NCBI RefSeq assembly: GCF_964355755.1
Contig: NC_092670.1
Location: 10,836,795 to 10,900,794, forward strand
From: Antedon mediterranea
Lineage: Eukaryota > Animalia > Echinodermata
Direction: 5' to 3'
DNA length: 64,000 nucleotides
Positions 1 to 13,451 of this stretch are shown here, in pieces. Position numbers and translations under genes: made by a program. Numbering within the stretch: the stretch's first letter is position 1; every line of letters begins with the position of its first letter. The notes beneath the pieces are model-generated. The model did not search any database and was not told the DNA's origin. It worked only from the letters and a program-made list of their open reading frames with translations.

Positions 1-392
1 CCATCTAGAAATGATTCTATATTTTCTGTAAGACTGTCGTTTTCAGATCTATATAGTTCATCAGAAAAGAAACTGACCTGCATGTTTAAAATGTCAGAGT
101 TGTTTGTGATTTCTCTGTTGAATTTGTTTGAGTTTTTTTATACCTCTTATTTTTTCTAGATTAAAAAATATTTTGATGACCTTTCACCTTCTTCGCACCA
201 CTTTTCACGAGATCTTATTTGAATGCCTCTAACTACGTGCTCGTAAAGCGTTTCATATTCCAATTTTACCTTGTTATATTGACGTCAAAGGGACAATAAG
301 TTTTGTATTTTTATTTTAACCGATTTTTGTTTGATTTACGCGAATCCGTGAATGTTTATACCAAATTCATTTTTAATTTCAATTTTTTTTTA

Positions 393-423
<31 letters not shown>
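393..423. repeat. (GA)n microsatellite
   Basis: Direct reading: agagagagaagagagagagagagagagagag. Confidence 0.9.
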
Positions 424-593
424 TGAAAGTGATAAGGTTACACTTCAGAGTCAATGGTTTTGGCTAACTCAATTTTTGCTTATATGTATAATAATGTTTT
501 TTTTCTTTTATATAACTTTAATTTTGCATGCCACTATTATAACCATTTTTATATTTTAAATAGATTAAAAAAAAAAAAAAGGAAACAGAGGGA

Positions 594-1119
594 TGTAATG
601 TAATGATATACATTTATAATTGAGAAATCAACCTTTGTATCAGAATTCAAATAAGTTCACAAACTTGGCCCAGAAAGTCCAGAGGAGAGTTTGTCCAGAT
701 GTTTTAAAAGTCCATTTAGCTCATAATTAAATCCCAAAAGTAAACAGTTTATTTGACTTCTCTAACCGTTCCCATTGTAAAACAATTAGATACTGACAGT
801 TTTAAGCAAAGATTCGACAGGGCCAATTTATCATTGTAACCTCCCCAGATAAGATCAATCACTCCCACCTAAACACCCTGGATCAACTTAGAATATACCC
901 CCAAGAGCCCAGACACACCTTACAGCCACTTCACGGAGCACACACCTCACAGCAACTTCCTCAGAAGCAGACCTACACACCTCACATCTCACCAACAGCA
1001 TCACCTAATCCTCTCTTCCTTATCCTTATACTTATAGTTGTATATTATATTGTATCAAGTATTATTGAATAAACAATATATGTGTTACTGCAGTCAAGCG
1101 AGTAAGAGTCTTCATTACA
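594..1119 (+). mobile_element. Possible solo LTR
   Basis: TGTAATG...CATTACA inverted termini and AATAAA about 50 nt before the end. No clean target-site duplication (TSD). Confidence 0.3.
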
Positions 1120-1354
1120 AGTCAGAAACCTCATAACTCTATATTACACTACGTGAACATTTTCATTAAACCAAAGTTTGTTGCACAACTACATATGTAC
1201 ATGCATCTTCTGTCCAAGTTACAACATTACTGCTATCGCCGTTTTTTAGATCTGCGACCAACAAAAAATGAGCAGAAAAAATGAAATTTTTGACAATAAT
1301 AATAGGCTATCACTCTACAGAGAGCGATAGCGTAATAAATACAAATACTACTTA

Positions 1355-4153
1355 TAGTCCATGGGCTGGAGGGGGTTACCGTGCACTCCCCCCCCCCACA
1401 GTTAAACTTCTTTGGTATCATTTTCTTCCCACGGACATATAGAGTGAAAAAATCGATGTTAACAAGAAAAATATAGGGATGCATTGTATGTACTTGCGCC
1501 ATTTGTAATGATCCTCAGTGTTTTATCTTCAAATATGTTTTGGGGTAGGGGGTAACAATTATCCCAATAACCCACGAATCCAACACCTAATTAGTATTAT
1601 CTTGGTACCATTGTGTAGCATACATCTTTTAAAATCTTATAAAATTTAAATAAAATTAATCGGACTATTAGTAGGGTCAGTAGAGGTCAAAAGGTCATTG
1701 ACCTTTTACAAAAATGCACATTTTTGCAAAAATATAGATAAATTTCAACATAGTATCTATAATTTTCAATATGTTTTATCTTAATTGTGTTTTATTTGTG
1801 CTTACTGACATATTGAATAAGAAAATATATGTTAACAAGATTAAAATTGCAGTTCATTATACACAAAGTATCATTTTTTAGTCTTAAAAATTGTAATAAA
1901 AATACATTTTTTGGGGTAGGGTGTAACATTAATAGCAATAACTCAGGAATCAAACATCTAATTAGTATGATCTTGGTGTCGTTGTGTAGCATTCGTGTTT
2001 TTTAACCATATAGAATTTTAATAAAATTAATTGAGCCACGTTTAAGGTCAGTAGAGGTCAAAAGGTCACTGACCTTTTGCAAAATTGCAAATATTTGCCA
2101 TAATGAGATACATTTCAATATCAAATCTCCAATTTGTTCAATACTTTTCATTTTAATTGTGTTTTACTTGTGTTTACTGACATTGAATAACAAAATGTGT
2201 GTTAACATGATAAAAATTGCAGTGCATTAATACCATTGTCATGTAATTTTATTATTCTTCAAAGTTGCAATAAAAAGACATTTTTCGGGTAGGGGGTAGC
2301 ATTAATACCAATAATCCAAGAATCAAACATCCATTGACCTTAATAATCGTTCGATTAATTTCATTTAAATTCAACATGATTACAAAAAAATACACTGTAT
2401 GCTACACATTGATACCAAGATCGTACTAATTAGATGTTTGATTCTTGGGTTATTGGTATTAATGCTACCCCCTACCCCAAAAATGTCTTTTTATTGTAAT
2501 TTTGTTATTCTTCAAAATTACATGACAATTGGTATTAATGCAGTGCAATTTTTTTCATGTTAACACACATTTTGTTATTCAATGTCAGTAAACACAAGTA
2601 AAACACAATTAAAATGAAAAGTATTGAAAAAATTGAAGATTTGATATTGAAATGTATCTCATTATGGCAAATATTTGCAATTTTGCAAAAGGTCAGTGAC
2701 CTTTTTGACCTCTACTCACCTTAAACATGGTTCGATTAATTTTATTAAAATTCTATATGATTAAAAAACACGAATGCTACACAACGACACCAAGATCATA
2801 CTAATTAGATGTTTGATTCTTGGGTTATTGCTATTAATGTTACACCCTACCCCAAAAAAATGTATTTTTATTGCAATTTTTAAGAATAAAAAATGATAAT
2901 TTGTGTATAATGAACTGCAATTTTAATCTTGTTAACATATATTTTCTTATTCAATATGTCAGTAAGCACAAGTAAAACACAATTAAGATAAAACATATTG
3001 ACAATTATAGATACTATGTTGAAATTTATCTGTATTTTGGCAAAAATGTGCATTTTTGTAAAAGGTCAATGACCTTTTGACCTCTACTGACCCTACTAAT
3101 AGTCCGATTAATTTTATTTAAATTTTATAAGATTTTAAAAGACATATGCTACACAATGGTACCAAGATAATACTAATTAGGTGTTGGATTCTTGGGTTAT
3201 TGGGATAATTGTTACCCCCTACCCCAAAAATGTCTTTTTGTTGTAATTTTGAAGAATAACAAAATTACATGACAATTGGTATTAATTTTTTTCATGTTAA
3301 CACATATTTTGTTATTCAATATGTCACTAAACACAAGTAAAACACAATTAAAATAAAAAATATTGAAAATTGGAGATTTGATATTGAAATGTATGTCATT
3401 ATGGCAAATATTTGCAATTTTGCAAAAGGTCAGTGACCTTTTGACCTCTACTGACCTTAAAATTGGTTCGATTAATTTTATTCCAATTTTATATGATTAA
3501 AAAACATGAATGCTACACAACGACACCAAGATCATACTAATTAGATGTTTGATTCTTGGGTTATTGCTATTATTGTTACCCCCTACCCCAAAAAATGTAT
3601 TTTTATTGCAATTTTTAACAATAAAAAATAACAATTTGTATATAATGAACTGCAATTTTTATCTTGTTAACATATATTTTCTTATTCAATATGTCAGTAA
3701 GCACAAGTAAAACACAATTAAGATAAAAAATATTGAAAATTGTAGATACGATATTGAAATTTATCTATATTTTGGGAAAAATTTGCATTTTGCAAAAGGT
3801 CAATGACCTTTTGACCTCTACTGATCTTAATAATCTTCCGATTAATTTTATTTAAATTTTAAAAGATTTTAAAAGATGTATGCTACACAATGTTACTAAG
3901 ATAATACTAATTAGATGTTGGATTCTTGGGTTATTAGGATAAATGTTACCCCCTACCTCAAAAAATATTTGAAGATAAAACACTGATGATCATTACAAAT
4001 GACGCAAGTACATACAATGCATCCCTATATTTTTCTTGTTAACATCGATTTTTTCACTCTATATGTCCGTGGGAAGAAAATGATACCAAAGAAGCTTAAC
4101 TGTGGTGGGGGGGGGGGGGGGTGCACGGTAACCCCCCTCCAGCCCATGGACTA
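1355..4153. mobile_element. Non-autonomous foldback DNA transposon with Academ-like TAG...CTA termini, built of ~370-bp subrepeats
   Basis: TAGTCCATGGGCTGGAGGGGGTTACCGTGCAC at 1355 is mirrored by ...GTGCACGGTAACCCCCCTCCAGCCCATGGACTA ending at 4153. 3-bp TSD TTA (1352-1354 / 4154-4156). The arms are inverted for ~1 kb. The motif AAAGGTCA-TGACCTTTT recurs at ~1690, 2060, 2690, 3062, 3427 and 3797. Confidence 0.85.
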
Positions 4154-4407
4154 TTACTTCTTGATCGGCATACATCAGTATCTGCTATTGTTTGACTGGC
4201 AGCCAACACAACCAACATACAGCCAATTACTATCTTTGAATTCATTTTGTATCAAACTTAACTTTCTAATAGAAATATTTTTTATCCTGCTATGTCTCCT
4301 TTATATATGCTCCAAGCTCAATAATAAATCCGATTAAACATTGTATTTTACCAAGGGAGAGGTGTACAATTAATCCTGCCTTAAAGGAGATTAAACATTC
4401 AACCTTT

Positions 4408-4602
4408 GAAAGCAATTATTCCTGTTTTATAATTCTTGGGAGTGGTCTGGATTTCCCATATTTCCCTAAGTAGATTAAACATCACATTTGGAAGCAATTA
4501 TTCCTCTTTTATAATTCTTGGGAGTGGTCTGGATTTCCCATATTTCCCTAAGTAGATTAAACATCACATTTGGAAGCAATTATTCCTGTTTTATAATTCT
4601 TG
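4408..4602. repeat. ~82-bp tandem repeat (~2.4 copies)
   Basis: aagcaattattcct...ataattcttgggagtggtctgg...aaacatcacatttgg recurs at ~4409, ~4491 and ~4574. Confidence 0.85.
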
Positions 4603-5278
4603 AATTAATAATTCTTTAAATACTTCAGGTCTCATTTCTCATTATCTTTTGGATAATGTATTTGGCTATTTCATCAATTATCTTCCTATCCTTTTTTTTA
4701 CCATTTCTTAATTATCATTTTTTACCCATAAAAAAAAGTGAATTGTGTTCCTGATGATGGTAAACATCACTTTTTGTTAAATTAATGATAACATTATGAT
4801 ACTTTCTTAAGCTCTGTCTACCATCAAACTGTATGTGATGTGCCCATATGTAAATCATTACAATTTTGGGCATATCACTACCATATTTGGGCAGATCACA
4901 CTTTTTTTTTGTCAAACTAGTTTGATAGTGTATTGTCTCCCAAAATCACGACAAATAAAGATTTATAAAAACAAACTTTGAATATGCCATTTTGCAGTTT
5001 GAATGACGTTGTCCACTTCCACAGGGACAGAAAAATAATTATTTTTGCTTTCAATTACAGTTTTTCATGTAAATTTATTTTTTTTTAAATACGGTAAACA
5101 AACATTCTACAAAAGTTTGTCCACTTATTTTTAAAAGGACATCCATGACTTAAATAGTCTTCTCGTGGAAGACAGCTAGCCATCACAAATGGAATCCATT
5201 GAAAGATACGATCTTGGTAGAGCAAATACAATAGCCGGTGTAATTGCACATTGAGCCACTTAAAAAAATAGAAAGAAC

Positions 5279-5501
5279 CCGGTCAAAGATCCCTCAAACC
5301 ACACCTGAATAAAAGTTGAAGAAAGATTCCTCATTGTATTTACTATACAGTAACCACTGCGCAGATAGTAATGTTACATACCGCAATGAATCATAATTTT
5401 TTTACTATGATGACATCTTTAAATAATATATATATATAACGTATATTTTAGCTCTACTTTACCGTATTGAGCACTTTCTAGACGGTTACATTGAACCGAA
5501 C

Positions 5502-5537
<36 letters not shown>

Positions 5538-6510
5538 ACAGTAGGCAAAGAACATTAATTCTGAACCGCCCGGTGATATACTGAAATTTAATTAATTAAT
5601 TTGAAACGATAAAGATGAGGAAATCTGTGAGAATGAGAAAAAGTCGCCCCAACCGAGACTCGAACTCGGACCGCCTGCTTGATATGCTGTTGCCCTAACC
5701 ATTAGACCACTGGGGCTTTCATGGTATTGTTCAAACTCGATTGTATAGCGACTCTTTAACACTCTCGGCGTGGTACGGCGGAACAGCACTAGTCCTCAGT
5801 TGTACACACGCGCAACAGAGATCAAATTGATACGCCCTCATCTTACAGTATTTTTATTCACGAGGCGGGATCTCCGAAGAGATATATATATATATATATA
5901 TATATCTTTAATATATGAACATTTTAAAGAAGGTTAATGTTAATTTTGTTATTTCGGTCTTGATTGTCGAAATTAATGTTTTAAAATTTAATATGCAATT
6001 AATTAATGATTTAATCAACATTTTTTTTCTTAATTTCATAATAAATCACAGATATGATATATACAGTTTATGAAAATGCAAAATAGGAGTTCTCGAACAT
6101 TCGGACGACCTATGTTAATTTTAAAATTTAGCATCTTTTCACCATTTTCTTAACTTACACTTGCGTAGCCTGCCACTTTTGACGTGCTTGTATAACGTGG
6201 TTTTAAGTTGAAAATAAAATATGATGAAATTATTAAAGAAAGGTTGTAAAACAGAAATCGGGCAAAAAGAGTGCGTATTAACGCTTAACGCGCAGTGCGC
6301 GTGCAAAAATCTGAGCACTCATAGCAATTCTTTAACCGCTTAAAATTGCCTGAAACTTATTGTAATTACATCAAAAATAAATGTTAAGCACGCATACGCA
6401 TGCGTTATATGCGCTACAATTGTCTCAATACACTTAATAACGTTGTAGAGCGTTTAGCTGGCTTTAACCATGTGGTTTTCTACCTCGAGCATAACCTTAT
6501 TGGCTATATG
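5279..6510. mobile_element. Partial copy of the HINE/Helentron-like family also at 33137-34079 and 43137-44402, interrupted by a (TA)n-flanked insertion
   Basis: Shared blocks: cc(g/a)tcaaagatccctc, cataccgcaatgaatcataa, aacagaaatcgg...gcgcagtgcgcgtgcaaaaatctg. Confidence 0.7.
5534..5881 (-). mobile_element. tRNA-derived element embedded in a (TA)n microsatellite
   Basis: Flanked on both sides by (TA)n. Minus strand 5716-5646 folds as a tRNA-like cloverleaf: acceptor GCCCCAG/TTGGGGC, A-box TGGTCTAATGG, perfect T-arm CCGAG-TTCGAGT-CTCGG, broken anticodon stem. Confidence 0.65.
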
Positions 6511-7766
6511 GCAGTATCTATATATAAATTTACGTAAGGGCAAAATTCGGTAAATCGCGCCTTACTTTTAGAATTTTTACTCGATGGTATGTAAAGTTGG
6601 TTCGTACTTTCGGTACTGATTTTAACCACCTGATGTAACCCTGTTTACTAATTAAATTAAGTTAGATAATTAGTTATTGACGATTAAAACGAATTTAGGT
6701 TCAACGATTTGCCCCAGTTAGGGGAGTTTTCTGATCATGGTATACACTGTCTAATGGATGTCCATCTTGAAAAATACCCGCCACAAAAATGCGAGGAGGC
6801 TTCGCATTTTCCTATCTCCTCCTACGATAATTGTTTTTAATAGCTGAAAACCGGTTGAACAGCTCGAGTACAGTATCATAATGTTGAAGACAGGCCCATT
6901 TTCTTAAAAAAAATACTATTTTGATAGATTTAATATACGTTTATACAAATGTATTGATTTGCGATGAATGGAACATTCCAATCTCTGTGTCGTTCCACAA
7001 GTGTCTATTCCCTCAGGCGTCGTAAAGGAAAGTACTGTATACTCATAACAGAAATTCGATCCATTTTTTTTTTCAAACTGTGCTGCAGAGGTTGGATATA
7101 ATTTTTTTAAACGGATAATGAGCTAGCGTTTTCAGTCGCCGTAATTTAATATTTATTACCGTTTAAATCGAATTTATGATTTGCCCCGAATAGAGGTGCT
7201 TTTCACAAATTGTTTAACATTATATATAAAAATACGTCGTAGTGTATCGTTACATGTACTGTACTATTTCAATCGACTACGACGGTGATAGTTTCAACAA
7301 AGTATTACATCGCAATGTTTTACTGTGTTTAGTGGTATATTATTTGTAAAACATGTTAATTAATATTTCGTTACAAAATAAAGAATATATTTAAAAATTG
7401 TTCCTCTTTGCACCCATCCTCTTCCCCATCTCTCATCCATAATGTTACATACAAAAACACAAATTAAGTTTGTTTAAATTTGACTTAAACAATTGGTCTC
7501 ATTTTGTGACAACTTTCTCTTTCGGAAGTAATTCCCAGTGTGCTAATTTTAGTTGAGTATTTATTTATTTATTTATTTTCAATCTTTCTACATAGCAAAA
7601 AAACAAACATATAAGTATAACAGGGGAGTAGCGGAAAAGCAAAAGTATAAAACTGTCATCTTGTGATGTGCTTGACCAGCCCCTGTCAACTTGAACGATA
7701 CAATAAAACCGACATTTAACAAATTTAGAAAAATACATAGAAAAATAAGGTATAATAAAATGTTAA

Positions 7767-10173
7767 AGATGTATTGTCCCCCAAAAAATAAAAAATAAAG
7801 ATGAAAAAAATCAAATTTTGAATAGACCGTTTTGTAGTTAACATAAAGTTATTCACTTCCACCGAAAAAAAATCCGAAAAAAATATTGATTTCGCTTATA
7901 AAAAAATCAAAATAAGTTTACCATTTTTTCGAACTCATCGGCTCAGAAATTAGGCCGGTAGAGCTAACTCATACATATGCATGATATGTTAATGAGCATC
8001 CACACAGCAGAGATCTGATCTAACAATGGATGATGCACGTTGTATGTACAACACCACCACCACCAGAGATCGACGCGACTGTAGGTGTCCCTGGCCTGAT
8101 CGTATAAATATGTAAAGCTGAGCTGTTAATTTGTCGGTAAGTAGGCATAGACGGTTATTTTAAATATAATAATATATATAACGCAATAATAACAGGAAGG
8201 TAAATTAATTAACTTAGCCTGGGATATTTTCAGTTCAGGGCTAGGCCTAGAATAATTAATACATGCTGCTGCATATTAGTTATTACTAGGCTAGTAGCAA
8301 GCAGACTGTGACAATCGGGTCCCTGCAGAAGATGCCCAGCTAGGCTAGGCCCTATACATTGTACTCTGGCCTAGGCTATATGCCATCAATCTTAGCTACA
8401 TTCCGAAAATACAGCCAGTTTGCTGTACCATATATATTACAGTTGAAGCTTGTTTAACTAATTTTTATGATAAAAATAAAACAAACATTTTTCAGGGAAA
8501 ATGGTTGCAATACAAGCTTGAAATTCCAAAAGCACTGTAGGCTACAAGTAGACAGAGGGGAAAAGCCAGCTTAGCCATTTTACAACACAAACAAATGTTC
8601 TCTGTACTGTAGTAAGTCAAATATTTATTTTCTCTTTTTATAAGTTATAACATTATAAGTAATGTGTTTTAATTACCATAGAAAGGTAGTATACTTATTT
8701 GACTATGTCAAAGTAAGCAATTTCACTAGCCCAATTTTGCACTAAATATGCATGATCTATTTTTTCCAGATTTTCATACTTTGCTTTTACTTTTTTAAAG
8801 ACGTTGAGCTGATGAAGACTGGAACAGAGGTCACCCAAAGACAACAATGATGGACTCGGTATTGGAATATGATTGGATATTGCAGGAAAAATATTTCTGA
8901 CTCTCCTGCTGCATTCGGCCAATATGTTCTTGTCCAGCTTGTAAAATATTGTATAATTTTTTTTGTATTATATGTACAGTATATTATTTTGTAAACATAA
9001 CATTCAATAAATAAAAACTACTACAACAGTACACAGGATAAATTCTTCAAATTTACTTACACTTCATAATTTTACTGTAACTATTACAGTGCAAAAGGAG
9101 TTAATAAAATATATATATACAGTATATCTTATTGAATTCCTGTATTGTTTTTTGTGTCAATTTGTCTACTAATTATCAATGTGTTGATTGTGGCAGTAAT
9201 TACGACAGCTATAGTCTTCTAAGATCGCTCACATCCATTACAAAGTGTCATTTTAATAGTAAGAAACGTTTCAATAAATTGTGAATGTTGCCACTGTACG
9301 ATACATTTTATGTTTCTCACTACTTGCTCTTATTGTTCAATCGATCAACCTAAAAAAAAAAAGAAATTTGTGCCAAAATATCTGCATAAAATTGAACCTA
9401 TTGCATTTGATACAGAAAATATTTTTAAAATATTGCATCAGTAAAACATCCAAAACAATATTTAGATTTTCTTTTTTTTTATTTTCACTGCCGAATAGAT
9501 TTAAAAATTAAACCAATTCATCATGATTAAAACAAAAATACATCCCTTCTGGTGGTGGTCTACTGTAGCCCTAGCTAGCAGTGTACTGCCTAGGCCTACT
9601 ACACTCTACTTCTAGAGACAGAAGTAGGCAGCAGTTAGGCTACTCGAGACTGTCAGTGCTAGTAGTAGTAGTAGTACAGTAGCAGCAAATTCGAGCCTAG
9701 GCCTAGCTAGGCCTCTCCTGTTAGCGAAACAAAAACTCACCTAAATGAATAAGATTCAACATCAAAGTTACCAACTGTAATTCTAACTTAGCATTCTGCT
9801 AGCTATAGTTTTCGTGTTTTCTTCAAGATTCGTTTCGCATCACTACTCGACTCTCTCGCACGCATGCATTGCTATCGTTGTTGGCTGCTGTTGATTTGGA
9901 AAGCATCATCATCCACACGATGTATCCATACAATATGAATATTTATGAGCTAACTCAGGTCAAGGGTTAAATTAAACCGGAACACATTTGTCTTCCAGAC
10001 AAATAGCTTCCGGTTGGTTAATTTTTGCATTAAATTGGGATTTTCCCGTGTAAAAAATTATTTTTTTCAATCCAAATTGAGGTCAAAGTGAATAACTTTT
10101 ATGTGCAATTAAAATGGCCTATTCAACAAAAATATTGAAAAAAAAAATTTTTTTTCAGGGGGACAATACATCT
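7767..10173. mobile_element. Non-autonomous Kolobok-type DNA transposon (2.4 kb)
   Basis: TTAA|AGATGTATTGTCCCCC ... GGGGGACAATACATCT|TTAA: perfect 16-bp terminal inverted repeats (TIRs), TTAA TSD, purine-purine terminus. No intact transposase ORF. Confidence 0.8.
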
Positions 10174-10213
10174 TTAACAAAAGTGTTATAAAAATGCAAT
10201 TGCTATATGAACA

Positions 10214-10366
10214 ATCTGATTGTGTAAAAGTTAAAAATTCTGATTGTATAAAAGTTAAAAATTCTGATTGAATAAAAGTTAAAAATTATGAATGTATAAA
10301 AGTTAAAAATTCTGATTGTATAAAAGTTAAATTCTGATTGTATAAAAGTTAAAAAGTTAAAAATTC
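10214..10366. repeat. 24-bp minisatellite (TTCTGATTGTATAAAAGTTAAAAA)n
   Basis: About 6 tandem units read directly. Confidence 0.85.
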
Positions 10367-10699
10367 AAAGTAGGTACAATCATGTTAATAAAAATATGAA
10401 AAGTTAAAAATCTATAAAATGTACATAAATCACAGTGTCTATTTAATCGTTCCTGTAAACGACATATATTATTGTCCTGCATTATTGTACATTTGAAATC
10501 GCCAGTTTTTTAACGCTGAAATTACTGTGTATTCGAGAACCATCTGTGGGCACGACCTAGATGGTACGCGAGCGAAGCGAGCGTACCATGTAGGTCGTGT
10601 AATTAAAAAAAAAAGTAATTAAAATGTTGAATAGCATTTAATCCGATTTACATTTAGGTAAAACTTAGGGTTCAAAGCATCATACAATAAGAAGATTCC

Positions 10700-11935
10700 A
10701 ATAGGTAAATTTATTGGCCCTTGGGGAATTAACCTAAAACCTATATATAGATAAGTATTGCAATACTTTGACATTACTGTAAATACGTATTAACATTTGT
10801 GGTCGCCATTGAATTTACTGTGAGTGTGGGTACTGTTAGATGTATAACACAATCATGTACAAATAAACGTATTACTGTGAGTGTAGGCCCTACTGTTAAT
10901 ATATAGAACGTAGAATATACAAATAAACTGTAGTACTGACAGTTGCTTCTCAACCTTTGTATTAATTAATAATTACAAAGAATATAAACGTTGTAGTGGT
11001 ACGTGTTTCGTTAAATGTACTATGCTATTTCAATCGACTATGACAGTGACAGTTTTAACAAAGTATTAAGTTGCAAATGTGTTACTGTATCAAGTGGTAT
11101 ATTATTTATAGGCCTGTGAGTAGGCCCTACTGTTATATAAAACGTACAATATACAAATAAACTGTACTACTGACAGTTGCTTCTCAACGTTTGTATTAAT
11201 TAATAATTACAAAGAATATAAACGTTGTAGTGGTACGTGTATCGTTACATGTACATGCTATTTCAATGGACTATAACAGTGACAGTTTTAATAAAGTATT
11301 AAATCGCAAATGTGTTACTGTATCAAGTGGTATATTATTTATAGGCCTATCAAAGTGAAAAACATATTTTGTTACTGAGTAGATAAATAATATATTAAAA
11401 CATTGTTCTTCTTTGTACCCATATCCTCTTCCCCATCCCTCAAAACACAAATTGGGTTTGTTTAAATGAGTCCAAATAACAAATCTGGACTCATTTTGTG
11501 ACAAGTTTCTCTTTCGGAAGTAATTCCCAGTGTGCTAATTTCAGTTTAATACATAAATCATCGTGTCTATTTATTCGTTTCTGTAAACAATAATAACTAT
11601 TATCGTCCTGCAGTACGTACATTAAAATTTATTAGCCCTTGGGGAATTAACCTAAAACCTATATATAGATAAGTATTGCAATACTTGGACATTACTGTAA
11701 ATACGTATTAACATTTTGTGGTCGCCATTGAATTTACTGTGAGTGTGGGTACTGTTAGATGTATAACACAATCATGTACAAATAAACGTATTACTGTGAT
11801 TGTAGGCCCTACTGTTATATAGAACGTACAATATACAAATAAACTGTAGTACTGACAGTTGCTTCTCAACGTTTGTATTAATTAATAATTACAAAGAATA
11901 TAAACGTTGTAGTGGTACGTGTATCGTTGCATGTA
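10700..11935 (+). repeat. Internally duplicated Helitron-H body fragments
   Basis: Block tttatt(g/a)gcccttggggaattaacc at ~10710 and ~11628. Block ttgcttctcaac...gtagtggtacgtg occurs three times. All match the reverse complement of 36000-36480 and 37320-37750. Confidence 0.7.
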
Positions 11936-12665
11936 ACGAACTGTTGCCTGTTATAATTTGTAATTGATCCATATAAATGTAAATATAAATTAATGTAAAG
12001 ATGCACTTAAAAGCTCTCTCTGGCGGACACTGTTACAGTTACACACGATGTTGGCATATCCATTCAAACCATACCCCCTCCCACCTCCTCCGTTTAACAT
12101 ATTATCGACCAAACATTAACTTCCCCCCCCCCCTCCCCATCTAAGCTCAATTACACGATCACACCTAGACAAATTATTAATTTAGTTAAAAAAATCAAAA
12201 ACTCCCACTGGTGGACAAACTGCATATTAGATAGTTATTAACTACTAGATGGTACGCTCGCTTCGCTCGCGTACCATCTAGGTCGTGCCCACAAATGGTT
12301 CTGGAATACTTCGCTCGCGTACCATGTAGGTCGTGCCCACAGATGGTTCTCGAATACATAATAATTTCAGCGTTAAAAAACTGGCGATTTCAAATGTACG
12401 TACCGCAGGACAATAATACATGTCGTTTACAGGAACGAATAAATAGACACCGTGATTTATGTACTCAACTAAAATTAGCACCCTGGGAATTACTTCTGAA
12501 AGAGAAACTTGTCACAAAATGAGACCAATATTGTTCAAGTCAAATTTAAACAAACTTAATTTGTGTTTTGTATGTAACATTAGGGTTGAGGGATGGGGAA
12601 GAGGATGCGTGCAAAGAAGAACAATTTTTAAATATTATTCTTTATCCATTTAGTAAGGAAATATT

Positions 12666-12972
12666 AATTGAACTTATTCAACTTTATGTTCCTAAGCGGT
12701 CTCTGAGATCTAGATCTGAGTCTCTTCTTGCCCATATATTTCATCCTTCCGTTAAGTTTTATGGAAATCGTTCATTTTCTTCGGCATCCGTTTCTCTATA
12801 TATGGAATGCGTTGCCTATTGAAATCCGTCAGGCTACTCCCACCAGTGTCTTCAAATCTCTCCTCAAAACCCACCTTTTTTATTTGTAATTTTCTAAATT
12901 GTTCTGTCCTTGTAAAGCGCATTGAGGCTTTCAGCATAATGCGCTATATCAAGTACCAGTTATTATTATTAT
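12666..12972 (+). mobile_element. 3' end fragment of an L2/CR1-type LINE
   Basis: Degenerate ORF2 C-terminus (PKRSLRS..FYGNRSFSSA..WN.LP.EIRQA..FKSLLKTHLF across frames) followed by a (TTA)n tail. Confidence 0.75.
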
Positions 12973-13451
12973 TATTGTTTTCATTTTTTACAAATAATAT
13001 ACCACTACACACAGTAAAACATTGCGATGTAATACTTTGTTGAAACTATCACCGTCATAGTCGATTGAAATAGTACAGTACATGTAACGATACATCACTA
13101 CGACATGTATATGTTTATATAATGTAAAACAATTTGTGAAAACCACCTCTATTCGGGGAAAATCATAAATTCGATTTAATCGTCAATAAATATTCAGTCA
13201 ATAATCAATCAATAATTTTTTATTTCTCAAATAAAAACAAAATACAGTTAACATTTTCTAGAAAATAATAGATAATAAATGAGAAAAGGGGTACCCCACT
13301 GCAAGCTTAAGCTTTAAAATGTGGGGTCCATGGCAACATAATTAAAAATAAGGTAAGATAAGAAATATATATAATATATGATAATGAACAAAAAGACATT
13401 TAACTTAACAAATGCAGTTATTATTTGACTTAAGACAGATAAATGATCAAC

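Larger units (their letters stand above)
7560..10420 (-). mobile_element. 5'-truncated LINE 3' UTR fragment (CR1/L2-like) inserted in the Helitron and itself split by a Kolobok element
   Basis: (AATA)n tail at 7560-7577, CAGGGG...CCCCTG stem near the tail, and GTA duplicated at the junctions. The uninterrupted Helitron reads gagtacataaa at ~12455-12468 (reverse). Confidence 0.55.
6517..10593 (+). mobile_element. Non-autonomous Helitron (family H, copy 1), interrupted at 7560-10420
   Basis: 5' A|TCTATATATAAATTTACGTAAGGGC. 3' GC-rich hairpin CTAGATGGTACGCGAGCGAAGCGAGCGTACCAT(G)TAG. Body matches copies at 12245-18723 and 35727-38239. Confidence 0.8.

Noticed and set aside
1233-4337. Mirror-image ORF pairs (1233-1502/3999-4337 and 1792-1992/3510-3710) as duplicated genes
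   Set aside because: They are by-products of the inverted arms of the foldback element, with no domain motifs.
5646-5716. Functional tRNA gene
   Set aside because: Anticodon stem and loop are non-canonical and the sequence sits inside a repeat insertion.
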